Notes under the pieces: model-generated
Told to the model about the DNA's origin: nothing
Databases searched by the model: none
The model's input: only the letters and a program-made list of their open reading frames with translations
In this document: positions 1 to 9,608 of the stretch, piece by piece
How the letters are laid out: the number at the start of each line of letters is the position of its first letter
How positions within the stretch are numbered: the first letter of the stretch is position 1
Translations under genes and position numbers: made by a program
NCBI GenBank assembly: GCA_041743505.1
Contig: JBGTMQ010000020.1
Coordinates: 17,099 to 81,098, forward strand
Origin: Candidatus Saccharimonadia bacterium
GTDB lineage: Bacteria; Patescibacteriota; Saccharimonadia; UBA4664
DNA: 64,000 bases
Reading direction: 5' to 3'

Positions 1-516
1 TTCGATGGGTTCGAGATGTCGGTCCGGGCAGTACTGGGCCAGCAGATCAGCGTCAAAGCCGCCACTGTCATTGCCGGCCGCCTCGCGGCCACATTCGGCC
101 CGCCAATCAGCACTCCCCATGCCGGGCTCACGACCATTTTCCCGCCTCCCGCAGTATTAGCCAATGCATCACTCCAAGACCTTATCGGCTGCGGCCTCTA
201 TAGCAAACGGGCCGAAACCATCCAATCCCTTGCCCGGGCCTGCGTCGATGGCCTTTATCTCACTCCGCAGGCCGACATTAGCAGCACCATAGCCACCCTT
301 AAGGCCCTCCCCGGTATCGGCGAATGGACGGCCCAATACATTGCCTTGCGTGCCCTCGCCTGGCCGGACGCCTTTCCGCATACCGACTACGCGGTCAAAA
401 AGGTCCTCGGCGAACAAAATCCCACCAAGGTCCTTGAACTAGCCAAACCCTGGCAACCCTGGCGCGCCTACGCCACCATGCATTTATGGCAATCGCTTAA
501 TCAATCAGCAGATTAA
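1..516 (+). CDS. alkA: DNA-3-methyladenine glycosylase II (AlkA/HhH-GPD domain), 5' end outside the window
   Basis: Frame open from base 1: FDGFEMSVRAVLGQQISVKAA, HhH motif LPGIGEWTA, DAFP.D, WQPWRAYA; next to ogt. Confidence 0.9.
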   Translation, partial: FDGFEMSVRAVLGQQISVKAATVIAGRLAATFGPPISTPHAGLTTIFPPPAVLANASLQDLIGCGLYSKRAETIQSLARACVDGLYLTPQADISSTIATLKALPGIGEWTAQYIALRALAWPDAFPHTDYAVKKVLGEQNPTKVLELAKPWQPWRAYATMHLWQSLNQSAD

Positions 517-1007
517 TGAAGGAGAACATTATGCTATATGACATCTTCGATTCACCATTTGGCCGGCTAACCATTAGTACCGTCGATGGCGCTCATCTCG
601 CCGAACTGCACATGGAAGGCGACCGCTACTTCACCGCCATACCATCAAGTTGGACGCGCGACTCCAGCCATCCGCTACTCCAGCGAGCCAACCAGGAATT
701 AGAGGAATATTTCGCCGGCCGCCGCACCAGTTTCGATGTCCCGATCCGGCCCACTGGCACACCATTCCAGGAGGCGGTTTGGCAAAGGCTCCCAACCATT
801 CCCGCTGGAACCACCACGTCCTACACCAAAATCGCCCAATCGATCGGTAAGCCTCTGGCAGTCCGCGCGGTCGGCTCGGCCATTGGCCGCAATCCCATCT
901 GTATCATCGTACCCTGCCACCGGGTTATCACGTCCAAGGGCACTTTGGGCGGCTATGCGGCCGGACTCAAGGCCAAGGAGCGCCTGTTAGCTATCGAAAG
1001 TCGCTAG
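516..1007 (+). CDS. ogt: Methylated-DNA--protein-cysteine S-methyltransferase (alternative start at 531 with an AGGAG SD)
   Basis: Active-site IVPCHRV, GTPFQ..VW, RAVGSAIGRNP. Confidence 0.93.
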   Translation: MKENIMLYDIFDSPFGRLTISTVDGAHLAELHMEGDRYFTAIPSSWTRDSSHPLLQRANQELEEYFAGRRTSFDVPIRPTGTPFQEAVWQRLPTIPAGTTTSYTKIAQSIGKPLAVRAVGSAIGRNPICIIVPCHRVITSKGTLGGYAAGLKAKERLLAIESR

Positions 1008-1059
1008 CAGCCATCGTTGCCGAGCTTTCCGCACACCTTGACATCGCAGGTATGAGAAC

Positions 1060-1161
1060 GTACTCTCCCGAGGAAAGTACCACATCTAAAGACATAAATT
1101 AATGGCTTCCCATAAACATAATATGCACTAAGAAAATCATCGACTCTCCCTGGGAGAGTAG
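1060..1161. repeat. Variant symmetric element: two ACTCTCC-N3-GGARAGT palindromes around a TAATGGCT-N6 core
   Basis: Palindromes at 1062-1078 and 1143-1159; core 1100-1121 is centred exactly on their midpoint (1110.5). Confidence 0.6.
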
Positions 1162-1220
1162 GCACTACATAGGTTCACGCACGAAGCCCTGGAAACTAAG
1201 ATCGGCTACAATACAAAAGA

Positions 1221-1742
1221 GTGAATATCTTAACCTCAGCTCTTGGTCATTATGAAGCTACCGGTAACCCGGACGAGGCCGACTGTGTTATTGGCCACTC
1301 TTTCGGGACTCGAACCGAAGAAGGTAGTGTCAACCGCTCGCTAGCCAAATTTATACTTCAAAACGCTCACGGACGCCCCATTGTGGCTGACCGGATGCTG
1401 GCTAACGCATTTCCAAATCCCCAAACACAAGTTAGCTACATAGTTGAAGGACCTATTTCAAACTCTTTGGGCAAAGGCCTTGGCACTTGGGGGACATTGG
1501 TAAAAGCTAGGACCTACACCGACCTTAAAGGACTGTCGCGGCCACTAATGGTAGGCCAGGCATATCATATAGGCAGGGTAGTTATGCAAGCTACGAAGCT
1601 TGGCATCATATCAATTGTGCCGCCTGGTCTCCCGCGTCAATTCGAACCTAAATCAGGTCAACGCTGGACGCGGTCGTTGCTTATGTGGGTACCCCGGGAA
1701 GTCGTTGGCTCAATAGTGCTTCGAGCTCAACAAAGGCTATAA
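1221..1742 (+). CDS. Hypothetical protein, possibly YdcF/DUF218-like
   Basis: 173 aa ORF; VGQAYHIGRV and W.PRE resemble DUF218 motifs. Confidence 0.55.
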   Translation: MNILTSALGHYEATGNPDEADCVIGHSFGTRTEEGSVNRSLAKFILQNAHGRPIVADRMLANAFPNPQTQVSYIVEGPISNSLGKGLGTWGTLVKARTYTDLKGLSRPLMVGQAYHIGRVVMQATKLGIISIVPPGLPRQFEPKSGQRWTRSLLMWVPREVVGSIVLRAQQRL

Positions 1743-1755
1743 TAAGGAGACAATT

Positions 1756-2028
1756 ATGTGTCGCAACATCAAGACCCTGTTCAACTTTGACCCGCCGGCC
1801 ACCGACGAAGAAATCCACGACGCCTCGATCCAGTTCGTCCGCAAACTATCCGGCTTCACCAAGCCGTCTCACATCAACGAGACCGCCTTCAACCAAGCCA
1901 TCGACCAAACCGCCGCCGTCGCCCGCCAGCTCCTCGACTCTCTCGTCACCAACGCCGAGCCTCACAACCGCGAAGTCGAAGCCGCCAAAGCCCGGGCCCG
2001 CGCCGCCGAACGGTTCGGCACGCCATGA
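1756..2028 (+). CDS. DUF2277 family protein
   Basis: MCRNIKTLFNFDPPATDEEI...QFVRKLSG signature; AGGAG SD. Confidence 0.88.
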   Translation: MCRNIKTLFNFDPPATDEEIHDASIQFVRKLSGFTKPSHINETAFNQAIDQTAAVARQLLDSLVTNAEPHNREVEAAKARARAAERFGTP

Positions 2029-2411
2029 ACCACGCACAGGTACTAGCCTGGGTCGATGAATACGTCAAGGTCTGGCGCAGCCCCGGAACGTCACAGCTTG
2101 CCAGCATCTTCGCCGAGAATATCAGCTACCGCGCATCCCCCTGGAAAGACCCCATCAATGGCCTGACCAACCTTGGTCAATTCTGGGAGCAGGGCAGGAC
2201 CGGCCCCGACGAACCCTTCGAGCTACAGCGCGAAATCATCGCCGTCGAAAACAATACAGCCATAGTCAGAATCCAAGTCAACTACGCCAACGATACGCCG
2301 CCACGTTGGCGCGACCTCTGGGTCATAACCTTCAACGACCAAGGCTTATGCGCTACCTTCGAAGAGTGGCCCTTCGCCGAAGGCCAATTTGACGGGCATA
2401 GCCCATCGTGA
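2025..2411 (+). CDS. SnoaL/NTF2-like family protein
   Basis: WVDEY..VW, F.E...Y..SPW, DLWVITF...G.C..FEEWP; ATGA overlap with the upstream gene. Confidence 0.8.
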   Translation: MNHAQVLAWVDEYVKVWRSPGTSQLASIFAENISYRASPWKDPINGLTNLGQFWEQGRTGPDEPFELQREIIAVENNTAIVRIQVNYANDTPPRWRDLWVITFNDQGLCATFEEWPFAEGQFDGHSPS

Positions 2412-2424
2412 CCATAATCAGCTC

Positions 2425-3276
2425 ATGACCTGGCAACTACTTACCGCTATCAGTGTCGCAGGTCTCTCTATATCAATAGTCCTGCAGCGAATCCTCATTC
2501 ACAAAGACAAAGCCGATCCCGTCGCATACGCCGTATTTTTCCAGGCGCTCGTCGCAGCCGTCATCGCAGTATTCGTAATATTCAACGGCTTCAGCCTCAA
2601 AAATATCAACAACTTCTGGCTCCCTGCCCTGGCCGCCATCGTCCTCTTCGGCGCCGGCCATATCGTCTACGCCAAGACTTTGCAGAAAGTGGAGGCGTCA
2701 GCTTTCTCGGTCCTATTCGCCACCCACGCTGTTTGGGTGATGGTGCTCGGCATCATTCTCTTCCACGAAAACCTCACCCTCATCCAAATCATCGGGTCCT
2801 TGCTAATATTCGCCAGCATTGGCCTGGTGGTGAATGATTATCGCCACTTATCCCTGGGTAAAGGCACATTTCTCGGCCTCGTGACCGGCCTGTTATTCGG
2901 TTTAGCCATCTTTTATTGGTCCTATGTCGGCCGCAATGTCGACACGCTGTCATGGGCTGCGGTCAGCTTTGTCGGAGCCGCCGCCGTCTCACTCCTATTC
3001 AGCCCCAAGGCCATCAAGAGTATGAGGCCGATGCTCACTAAATCGATCTTGCCAATCATGCTGCTACTAAGCATCTTTTACGCCATTGGCAGTGTTGCCA
3101 TGCTGTATGCCTATAAGGTAGGCAGCTTCAGCCTCGTTTCACCGCTCCGGCAAACCGGCATTATACTCACGACGCTCCTGGCGTTTCTCATCCTCTCCCA
3201 AGAACGCACTAGCGTCGGCCGGAAGCTACTGGCGGCCGCTATATGCACCGTAGGTGTAGTATTAATAGTGATATAA
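2425..3276 (+). CDS. EamA/DMT family transporter
   Basis: About 10 TM segments in two repeats, ILFHENLT; CATAAT 7 nt before the ATG. Confidence 0.8.
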   Translation: MTWQLLTAISVAGLSISIVLQRILIHKDKADPVAYAVFFQALVAAVIAVFVIFNGFSLKNINNFWLPALAAIVLFGAGHIVYAKTLQKVEASAFSVLFATHAVWVMVLGIILFHENLTLIQIIGSLLIFASIGLVVNDYRHLSLGKGTFLGLVTGLLFGLAIFYWSYVGRNVDTLSWAAVSFVGAAAVSLLFSPKAIKSMRPMLTKSILPIMLLLSIFYAIGSVAMLYAYKVGSFSLVSPLRQTGIILTTLLAFLILSQERTSVGRKLLAAAICTVGVVLIVI

Positions 3277-3286
3277 GGAGCTAGCC

Positions 3287-3979
3287 ATGAAATTACTTCT
3301 CACTTCCGCTGGCATTACCAACGATAGTATCCGCAAAGCCCTCGAAGAGCTCTTGGGCAAGCCAGTCAATAAATCCAAAGCCATCTGCATACCTACTGCT
3401 ATCTACGCCATGCCAAACGGCGGAGTCTATGGCTGGCAAATGCTCAAAGAGCTCGACCTCGGCTGGGAAGAATATGGCACCCTCGAACTCACCGCCGTAC
3501 CAACCATCCAGGAAGAAGACTGGCTGCCCAGCGTAGAAGCGGCCGACATCATCATCGTTGGCGGCGGTAACACCGGCTATCTCAGCTACTGGATGGAAAA
3601 ATCCGGCTTCTTCGACAAGCTGCCCGGCCTCCTCAAGACCAAAGTTTACCTGGGCATCAGCGCCGGCAGCGGCATGGTCACCCACAGCCTGAATTTCAAC
3701 CCCGCAAAAAAACAAGCCGGCATCTATTGGGACGATGAATACGACGAATACGCCCCACTCCACGCTGCCAGCGACCAGACCCTGCCTCTCGTCGGTTTCG
3801 TCATCCGCCCCCATCTGGGCGCCGACTATTTCCCGGCCGCCACCATGGCCAACATGACGCTCTGGGCTACCAAAGTTGATGTACCCATGTACGCCTTCGA
3901 CGACCAGACTGCCCTCAAAATCATCGACGGCAAGGTCGAGGTAGTTTCGGAAGGGGAGTGGAAGTTGTTTGAGAAGTAG
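3287..3979 (+). CDS. Peptidase S51 (dipeptidase E-like, class I glutamine amidotransferase fold)
   Basis: MKLLLTSAG, VGGGNT, nucleophile GISAG, IRPH. Confidence 0.87.
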   Translation: MKLLLTSAGITNDSIRKALEELLGKPVNKSKAICIPTAIYAMPNGGVYGWQMLKELDLGWEEYGTLELTAVPTIQEEDWLPSVEAADIIIVGGGNTGYLSYWMEKSGFFDKLPGLLKTKVYLGISAGSGMVTHSLNFNPAKKQAGIYWDDEYDEYAPLHAASDQTLPLVGFVIRPHLGADYFPAATMANMTLWATKVDVPMYAFDDQTALKIIDGKVEVVSEGEWKLFEK

Positions 3980-3985
3980 TTTGCA

Positions 3986-4171
3986 ATGGATACACCGCGT
4001 GCCTCAATCGAACAATCCGAAAACCTACTGCCCTGCCACGACAAACTATCGTTCCCAAGCCGCGAGCAGGCCCAAGCCGCCGCCACACAGGATGCCTATC
4101 ACTTTGGTAGCCGGCTAAAAGTCTACCAATGCCGATATTGCGGGTCGTGGCACCTGAGCAGCCAAAAATAA
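3986..4171 (+). CDS. Small zinc-binding hypothetical protein
   Basis: C..K..F.SR..A and Y.CxxC..WHLS pattern. Confidence 0.6.
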   Translation: MDTPRASIEQSENLLPCHDKLSFPSREQAQAAATQDAYHFGSRLKVYQCRYCGSWHLSSQK

Positions 4172-4220
4172 AGCTATAATCCAAGCATGCAGCAAGCTAC
4201 CCATATCTTGAGCAGCCTCC

Positions 4221-5066
4221 ATGGTTAAAGTCGGCAACGTTAAAATCACCGCCGTGGTTGAGGCCGGGCTAGGTGGCGTCATCCAAGAACTCATCCCAAA
4301 GGCCACGCCGGAGGCAATCAAAGAAATTGCCTGGCTGTATCCGCATCACGCCGATGAGAACGGGCAGCTTAAGGCCCAGGTCCAGACTTTCCTAGTCGAA
4401 GCCGGCGACCAAAAAATCGTCATTGATCCTGGTGTAGGCAACGGTCGCAGAAGACCCGAGTTCCCCACACTCACCAACTTGCAAACAAGTTTTATCGTGC
4501 GTCTATCGCAAACATTTAAGCCTGGTGACGTGGACTTCGTTATATGCACGCATCTGCATTGTGACCATGTCGGCTGGAATACAACATTGGTTGATGGAAA
4601 ATGGATGCCGACATTCCCTAATGCCGAGTATATCTTTTGCGAGGATGAGTTTAACTACTGGAACAGTCGGCCCACTAAGGAGCTACCCGATGACCGTGCT
4701 GGCTTTGACGAGTCGGTGTTGCCTGTATGCGATGCCGGACTATCGCGGCTGGTACCAAGTAACCATAAGCTACTCAAAGAAATATCCCTCATCCCGACAC
4801 CCGGTCACACCCCCGGACATGTCGGCGTTATTATAGAATCCGCCGGGCAGCGGGCCGTCATTGTCGGTGACGCCGTACACCACCCGTGCCAAATTGCCCA
4901 TCCGGATTGGTCAACTGTCGATACCAATAGTGAACGCGCTAACCTTACCCGTCGCCAGTTGCTCGAGCAGTTTGCAGATACCGGCACGCTGCTTATTGGC
5001 GCCCACTTCGCCCGCCCCGAGGCCAGCCGGCTCGAGCGTGACGGCCTGGGCTTTAAGCTGACATGA
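4221..5066 (+). CDS. MBL-fold metallo-hydrolase (YtnP/lactonase-like)
   Basis: THLHCDHVGWN, PTPGHTPGH, GDAVH, GAHF. Confidence 0.9.
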   Translation: MVKVGNVKITAVVEAGLGGVIQELIPKATPEAIKEIAWLYPHHADENGQLKAQVQTFLVEAGDQKIVIDPGVGNGRRRPEFPTLTNLQTSFIVRLSQTFKPGDVDFVICTHLHCDHVGWNTTLVDGKWMPTFPNAEYIFCEDEFNYWNSRPTKELPDDRAGFDESVLPVCDAGLSRLVPSNHKLLKEISLIPTPGHTPGHVGVIIESAGQRAVIVGDAVHHPCQIAHPDWSTVDTNSERANLTRRQLLEQFADTGTLLIGAHFARPEASRLERDGLGFKLT

Positions 5067-5144
5067 TCGACAGCGCCCGATCTAACTTCTCAATCCCACA
5101 AAAATAAAATAGCCCGCTCCCAAATACAGGAACGGGCCTAGTGG

Positions 5145-5861
5145 TCAAAACATCGCGGGCTGCGCCGGGGTCCACTCGTCGTCAAGTTGGCGCAATGGCT
5201 CTTGACCCAGTGCTGCCAAAGCACACATCGCAGACATGAACCGCTCAGTCTCCTGGTGCATTTTGTCGGCCGCGCTATCAAGGTGACCCAGGCCGTCACG
5301 GCGCTGCTCATCTGTCGCGGCCTTCTCAGCCGCTCGGCGAAGCACCGGCAGCGACACCTCAAGCCAATCCGCTACGTGTCTGAGCATCGTATAGCATTGG
5401 TCCTTTTGCCGCCGCTTTGAAGCCGACTGGGCTAAACGGTCTATCACAACCTCGTCCGGCGCCGGCAAATAGTAGGCAAACCAACACACACTAAAGGGGA
5501 TAGCATACAGCCGGATATCTTCTCCGCCGCGCTCAACCCGCCCATCCTCGTTGACCGGCGTATCACGTGGGCAAATCGCCACCAACAAAAAACTACTAGG
5601 CCCCATTGCGGGGGTGTCGGGAAGCGGCGGGTTATAGAGCTCGGGAATCACCGGCTTAACGGTCATGTCCGCTCGAACCTGCTCAATCGTTTCCGCCAAG
5701 ACGGTCACACATTTAGCCTGTAAGTCAGCCGGGGCGATATGGTATGCACTATCACTGCCACTCACACTGGCGGATTCACCAGGCCGCCCCTCGAATTCGT
5801 CCATCTTCCAGGCCATACTGATCAGTATCTTGTCAAGCGCAAAAGAGCCGGTGATACTCAC
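5145..5861 (-). CDS. Hypothetical protein
   Basis: 238 aa ORF with AGGAG SD, upstream TTGCTA-N17-TATTCT and downstream hairpin at about 5112-5136. Confidence 0.7.
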   Translation of the reverse strand: MSITGSFALDKILISMAWKMDEFEGRPGESASVSGSDSAYHIAPADLQAKCVTVLAETIEQVRADMTVKPVIPELYNPPLPDTPAMGPSSFLLVAICPRDTPVNEDGRVERGGEDIRLYAIPFSVCWFAYYLPAPDEVVIDRLAQSASKRRQKDQCYTMLRHVADWLEVSLPVLRRAAEKAATDEQRRDGLGHLDSAADKMHQETERFMSAMCALAALGQEPLRQLDDEWTPAQPAMF

Positions 5862-6035
5862 GGTCTGCTCCTAACCTCGAAGAATTCTTTCAATCCCAAC
5901 CCTAGAATAGAATATTCTATTAAGAATAGCAAGAATATGAAATCATTCCGATAGTCACATCACCCATTGAAACCCGCATCCAACCGGCCTATAGTTCGGA
6001 CGTTACGGGCAAAAACTTAACGAAGGAGCAATGAT

Positions 6036-6431
6036 ATGAATCCGGTATCGCATTTCGAAATCTCAGTTGATGATGTGGCCGCGGCCAAGGAATTTTATGA
6101 GCAGGTGTTTGGTTGGGATATTAATACCATGGAATTACCTGGCGGTGAAACCTACACCTCAGTAACGACCACACCAGTCGACGAGAACATGATGCCCACA
6201 GCGCCTGGCGCAATCAATGGCGGCCTCGTCAAGCGCACCGACGACATAAAAAGCCCGGTTATCACCATCAAAGTCGACTCCATCGAAGACACCATCAAAA
6301 AAGTCGAAGCTGCCGGCGGCCAGGACGTTGGCGAGAAAGGTATCATTCTCGGGATGGGAGAGTACGCTTACTTAAAGGACACTCAGGGCAACGTCATCGG
6401 CTTGTGGCATGACCTCCCGCCACAGTCTTAA
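6036..6431 (+). CDS. VOC/glyoxalase family protein
   Basis: MNPVSHFEI..DD...A.EFY..VFGW, GAINGG, DTQGNVIGL. Confidence 0.9.
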   Translation: MNPVSHFEISVDDVAAAKEFYEQVFGWDINTMELPGGETYTSVTTTPVDENMMPTAPGAINGGLVKRTDDIKSPVITIKVDSIEDTIKKVEAAGGQDVGEKGIILGMGEYAYLKDTQGNVIGLWHDLPPQS

Positions 6432-6499
6432 CATCTAGTAGGCTACTGACAATCCGGCCCGGATTCGCTACAATTTGAGCATAAGCTTATTGAGGTGAT

Positions 6500-8464
6500 A
6501 TGAAAAAAATAGCACCGCTGATGTCGGGTTTTGTGCTCGTTTTATCAGCCATCGTGCTGCCGGTGTGGGGAAGCGGCATAGCCCACGCGACCGGCCTGGC
6601 CAGCGAATCATTTACCAGCGTGTCCACCACAGCCAATGCCTGGCTCAGTGGCGGTAGCGGCAGCGTGGCCTGCCTAACGGCCGCCAGCTCGGCCGCCGCC
6701 AACTCAATTCCCAACTGTGGCGCCGCCATCGACAGCCCTGGAGACGGAGCCCTGCGTCTGACGCCGGCCACCAACGCCCGGTCCGGATATGCCATTTACA
6801 ACACGCCCATTTCCGCTGGTGACGGCCTGGAAATCGGCTTCGACATGTACCAGTACCGTCCCGGCACCGGTCCTGCCGCCGACGGCATTTCCTTCTTCCT
6901 TATCGATGGCGCGTCCAGCCCCACCCAGCCCGGTGCATCCGGCGGCTCGCTTGGATACTCTTCGGGCGGTATTACGCCGGGCATCGTGGGCGGATATGTT
7001 GGCATTGGATTTGATTTCTTTGGTAATTTCTCATCCTCCGGCGCAGGCACTGGCGGTACCGGCGCCCTCGCCAACTCAATTGGCGTTCGCGGGTCTGAAG
7101 CCACCGGCTACCAATTTGTGGGCAACAATGCCGCTGACGGCCAACTAGCCGTCTCGCCCACCTCAAACCGCAACGATGCCAGTCGCCACGTTAAGGTCAC
7201 CATCAGTACCGGCAATATCATGACCGTCGCCGTCGATTACGGTAGCGGCTACGTCACTGAGTTATCCAACCTCGACCTCAATACCATCAACGGCGCCGGC
7301 TCACTGCCCGCGACCTTCAAGTTCGGCTTCGCCGCCTCCACTGGTGGCTTCAATAATATCCACGAAATCAGCGGCTTCAGCGTCGCCACGCTCCGGCCGA
7401 ATGTCAGCGTCAACGTCGCCTCCACCGGCACCTTCCAGCAGGGAGGCACCGGCCATTACACCTTGTCCGTTTCTAACGACGCCGGCGCCGAAGCCACCAC
7501 CGGCACCATTACCGTCACCGACACGCTGCCGGCCGGTCTCACGCCAACCAGCGCCAGCGGCACCGGCTGGTCATGCACCATCGTGGGGCAACTCGTCACC
7601 TGTACCCGGCCCGGCAGTGGCGGTGCCGCCCTGGGCGCAGGCCAAACGGCGCCCGTCATTAATCTCACCACGGCCATTAGCAGCACTGCCGCCGCCTCAC
7701 TCAATAACACCGCCACAGTCACCACCGCCGACAACAGCAACGCCACGCCCTCCGACACCGACACCGTTAGCGTAGCGGCTGGTAGCAGCCGCGACTCCGA
7801 CGGCATGTTCGACGCGGTCGAATTAGCCGCACCCAACGCCGGTGACGCCAACAACGACGGCACGGCCGACGCCGACCAGGACAACGTCACCGCGCTACCC
7901 GATCCCGTATCAGGCCACTACGCCGTGCTCGAGGCCAGCGGCTGCGGCGATAACACCAACGTCAGCGTGGCCGGCGAATCCGCCAACGCCGCCGCCGATG
8001 GCAGCTACAGTTACCCGGCTGGCCTCATGAATTTCACGCTCACCTGCGGCGCCCCCGGTAGTACTGCCACCGTCACACAGTACTACTACGGCAACTTCGA
8101 CCTGGCCAATCTCGTCATGCGCAAATACAACGCCGTAACCCACACCTATCAAAACGTCCCCGGCGCCGCCATCAGCCTCACCACCATCGGCGGGCTGCCC
8201 GCCATCAAAGCCGTCTACCAAATCACTGACGGCGGCCCGCTCGACCAAGACGGAGTGGCCAACGGTACCATCGTCGACCCGGCCGGCCCGGCTGTTCTGG
8301 CGGCAGCCACCAGCTCCGGCCCCGGCGTACCCAACACCGGCTTGGCAACTCAGTCACAGCTCCTGCCAACCCTGGCCGGATTGCTCGGACTCGGGCTCTT
8401 CATCTACGTTAGCAGGAGACCCCGCCGTGCCCAAGGCTCTCGCGCTCAGGACCTTCGTCCGTAG
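6500..8464 (+). CDS. Sortase-anchored surface protein: signal peptide, L-type lectin-like domain, DUF11-like domain, C-terminal VPNTG sorting signal
   Basis: ADGISF, GIGFD, KFGFAASTGG..N.HEI (lectin-like); TVTDTLPAGLT (DUF11-like); VPNTG followed by a TM segment and RRPRR tail. Confidence 0.8.
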   Translation: MKKIAPLMSGFVLVLSAIVLPVWGSGIAHATGLASESFTSVSTTANAWLSGGSGSVACLTAASSAAANSIPNCGAAIDSPGDGALRLTPATNARSGYAIYNTPISAGDGLEIGFDMYQYRPGTGPAADGISFFLIDGASSPTQPGASGGSLGYSSGGITPGIVGGYVGIGFDFFGNFSSSGAGTGGTGALANSIGVRGSEATGYQFVGNNAADGQLAVSPTSNRNDASRHVKVTISTGNIMTVAVDYGSGYVTELSNLDLNTINGAGSLPATFKFGFAASTGGFNNIHEISGFSVATLRPNVSVNVASTGTFQQGGTGHYTLSVSNDAGAEATTGTITVTDTLPAGLTPTSASGTGWSCTIVGQLVTCTRPGSGGAALGAGQTAPVINLTTAISSTAAASLNNTATVTTADNSNATPSDTDTVSVAAGSSRDSDGMFDAVELAAPNAGDANNDGTADADQDNVTALPDPVSGHYAVLEASGCGDNTNVSVAGESANAAADGSYSYPAGLMNFTLTCGAPGSTATVTQYYYGNFDLANLVMRKYNAVTHTYQNVPGAAISLTTIGGLPAIKAVYQITDGGPLDQDGVANGTIVDPAGPAVLAAATSSGPGVPNTGLATQSQLLPTLAGLLGLGLFIYVSRRPRRAQGSRAQDLRP

Positions 8465-9146
8465 CCTCCCCAGTCCTCAAGGTCGCCGGTTGCTCATTAT
8501 CATCGCGGGTCTCAGCCTGCTCGCTTTCAGTGCCAACAGCCTACTGACTCGCTACCAAGCCACCCACAATCCGAGTCCACAGCTACCCGAAACCACCGTC
8601 ACGCATTCCACGACCACCCCCGACGAAACCCCTGTCAAAGCCAAAGACTTCGATACCGGCCCTAAGGTCCCGGCCAACCAGCCTCGCCAGATCATCCTAC
8701 CCACCATCGGCGCCCAGGGTTACATCCAAAAAATCGGCCTTGACCAACACCAAGCCGTCGCCGTACCCACCAATATCCATGTGGCCGGTTGGTTCGTCGG
8801 TCAAACCCGCCCCGGGGAGCCCGGCCTCAGCCTCATCGGCGGTCATGTTCAGGGCCGCTACCAGCCCGGCATATTCAAAAACCTCACCAAAATCAAACCC
8901 GGTGACACCTTCCGCATTGAACTCGGCGACCACTCCATCCGCCAATTCCAGGTCACCCGCGTTTCCAAACTCAACCTCACTGACACCGCCCAACAAATGC
9001 TCCTCCAAGACAAAACCATTACTCACCAACTCAACCTCATTACCTGCGGCGGCAACTACGACGCCAAAACAAAACAATACGACCAACGGGTGCTGGTAGT
9101 AAGCAGGCTAACTGAATCGAAAAATCCTATAATGTCTGATCACTAA
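8427..9146 (+). CDS. Class F sortase
   Basis: N-terminal TM, AGWF...PGEPG...IGGH, LITCGG.Y, R.LV catalytic His/Cys/Arg. Confidence 0.85.
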   Translation: MPKALALRTFVRSLPSPQGRRLLIIIAGLSLLAFSANSLLTRYQATHNPSPQLPETTVTHSTTTPDETPVKAKDFDTGPKVPANQPRQIILPTIGAQGYIQKIGLDQHQAVAVPTNIHVAGWFVGQTRPGEPGLSLIGGHVQGRYQPGIFKNLTKIKPGDTFRIELGDHSIRQFQVTRVSKLNLTDTAQQMLLQDKTITHQLNLITCGGNYDAKTKQYDQRVLVVSRLTESKNPIMSDH

Positions 9147-9223
9147 CTATGTAGTGGAACTTAGCATGTAGTTTGACTACATAGTTGTAGGAGAGATAGA
9201 AACTTAAGTCCAGGCCAAAACTA

Positions 9224-9250
9224 GGCGCTCCGTCGAACTGACGGAGCGCC
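9224..9250 (-). terminator. Intrinsic terminator hairpin
   Basis: GGCGCTCCGTC-N5-GACGGAGCGCC followed by TAGTTTT on the minus strand. Confidence 0.75.
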
Positions 9251-9262
9251 GGGTGCCGCAAG

Positions 9263-9451
9263 CTAGTAGGGCATCGCGACGGTGACACAGCGATCGGTGG
9301 GCAGGTTGAAACACAGTCGGGCCACGTCGCTTGTAAACTTCGTGATATCAGCCACATACTCGACCTTTGAAATCACCCACTCGTTGGACCGCTCCAAATA
9401 GGTGGGCGCTTCCAGTGTAACAGTGGCAACAAGCCTGCCTCCGAAGGACAG
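9263..9451 (-). CDS. 62-aa hypothetical protein with a probable CTG start (not in the ORF track)
   Basis: AGGAGG-N7-CTG, in-frame TGA just upstream, TTGACA-N17-TATTCA promoter, terminator directly downstream. Confidence 0.5.
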   Translation of the reverse strand: MSFGGRLVATVTLEAPTYLERSNEWVISKVEYVADITKFTSDVARLCFNLPTDRCVTVAMPY

Positions 9452-9608
9452 AAAGTCACCTCCTCAGTATGGCGCTGACCGAAGGAGTGAATACCACGAG
9501 TCTGCAAAATTGTCAATTAACCAACATTATTTCTGTATCCCAACCCATTGAAAATCGCCATAGAATGGGCCAAAGTTGGTAACGCAATGTTATAAAAGGA
9601 GAACAATT

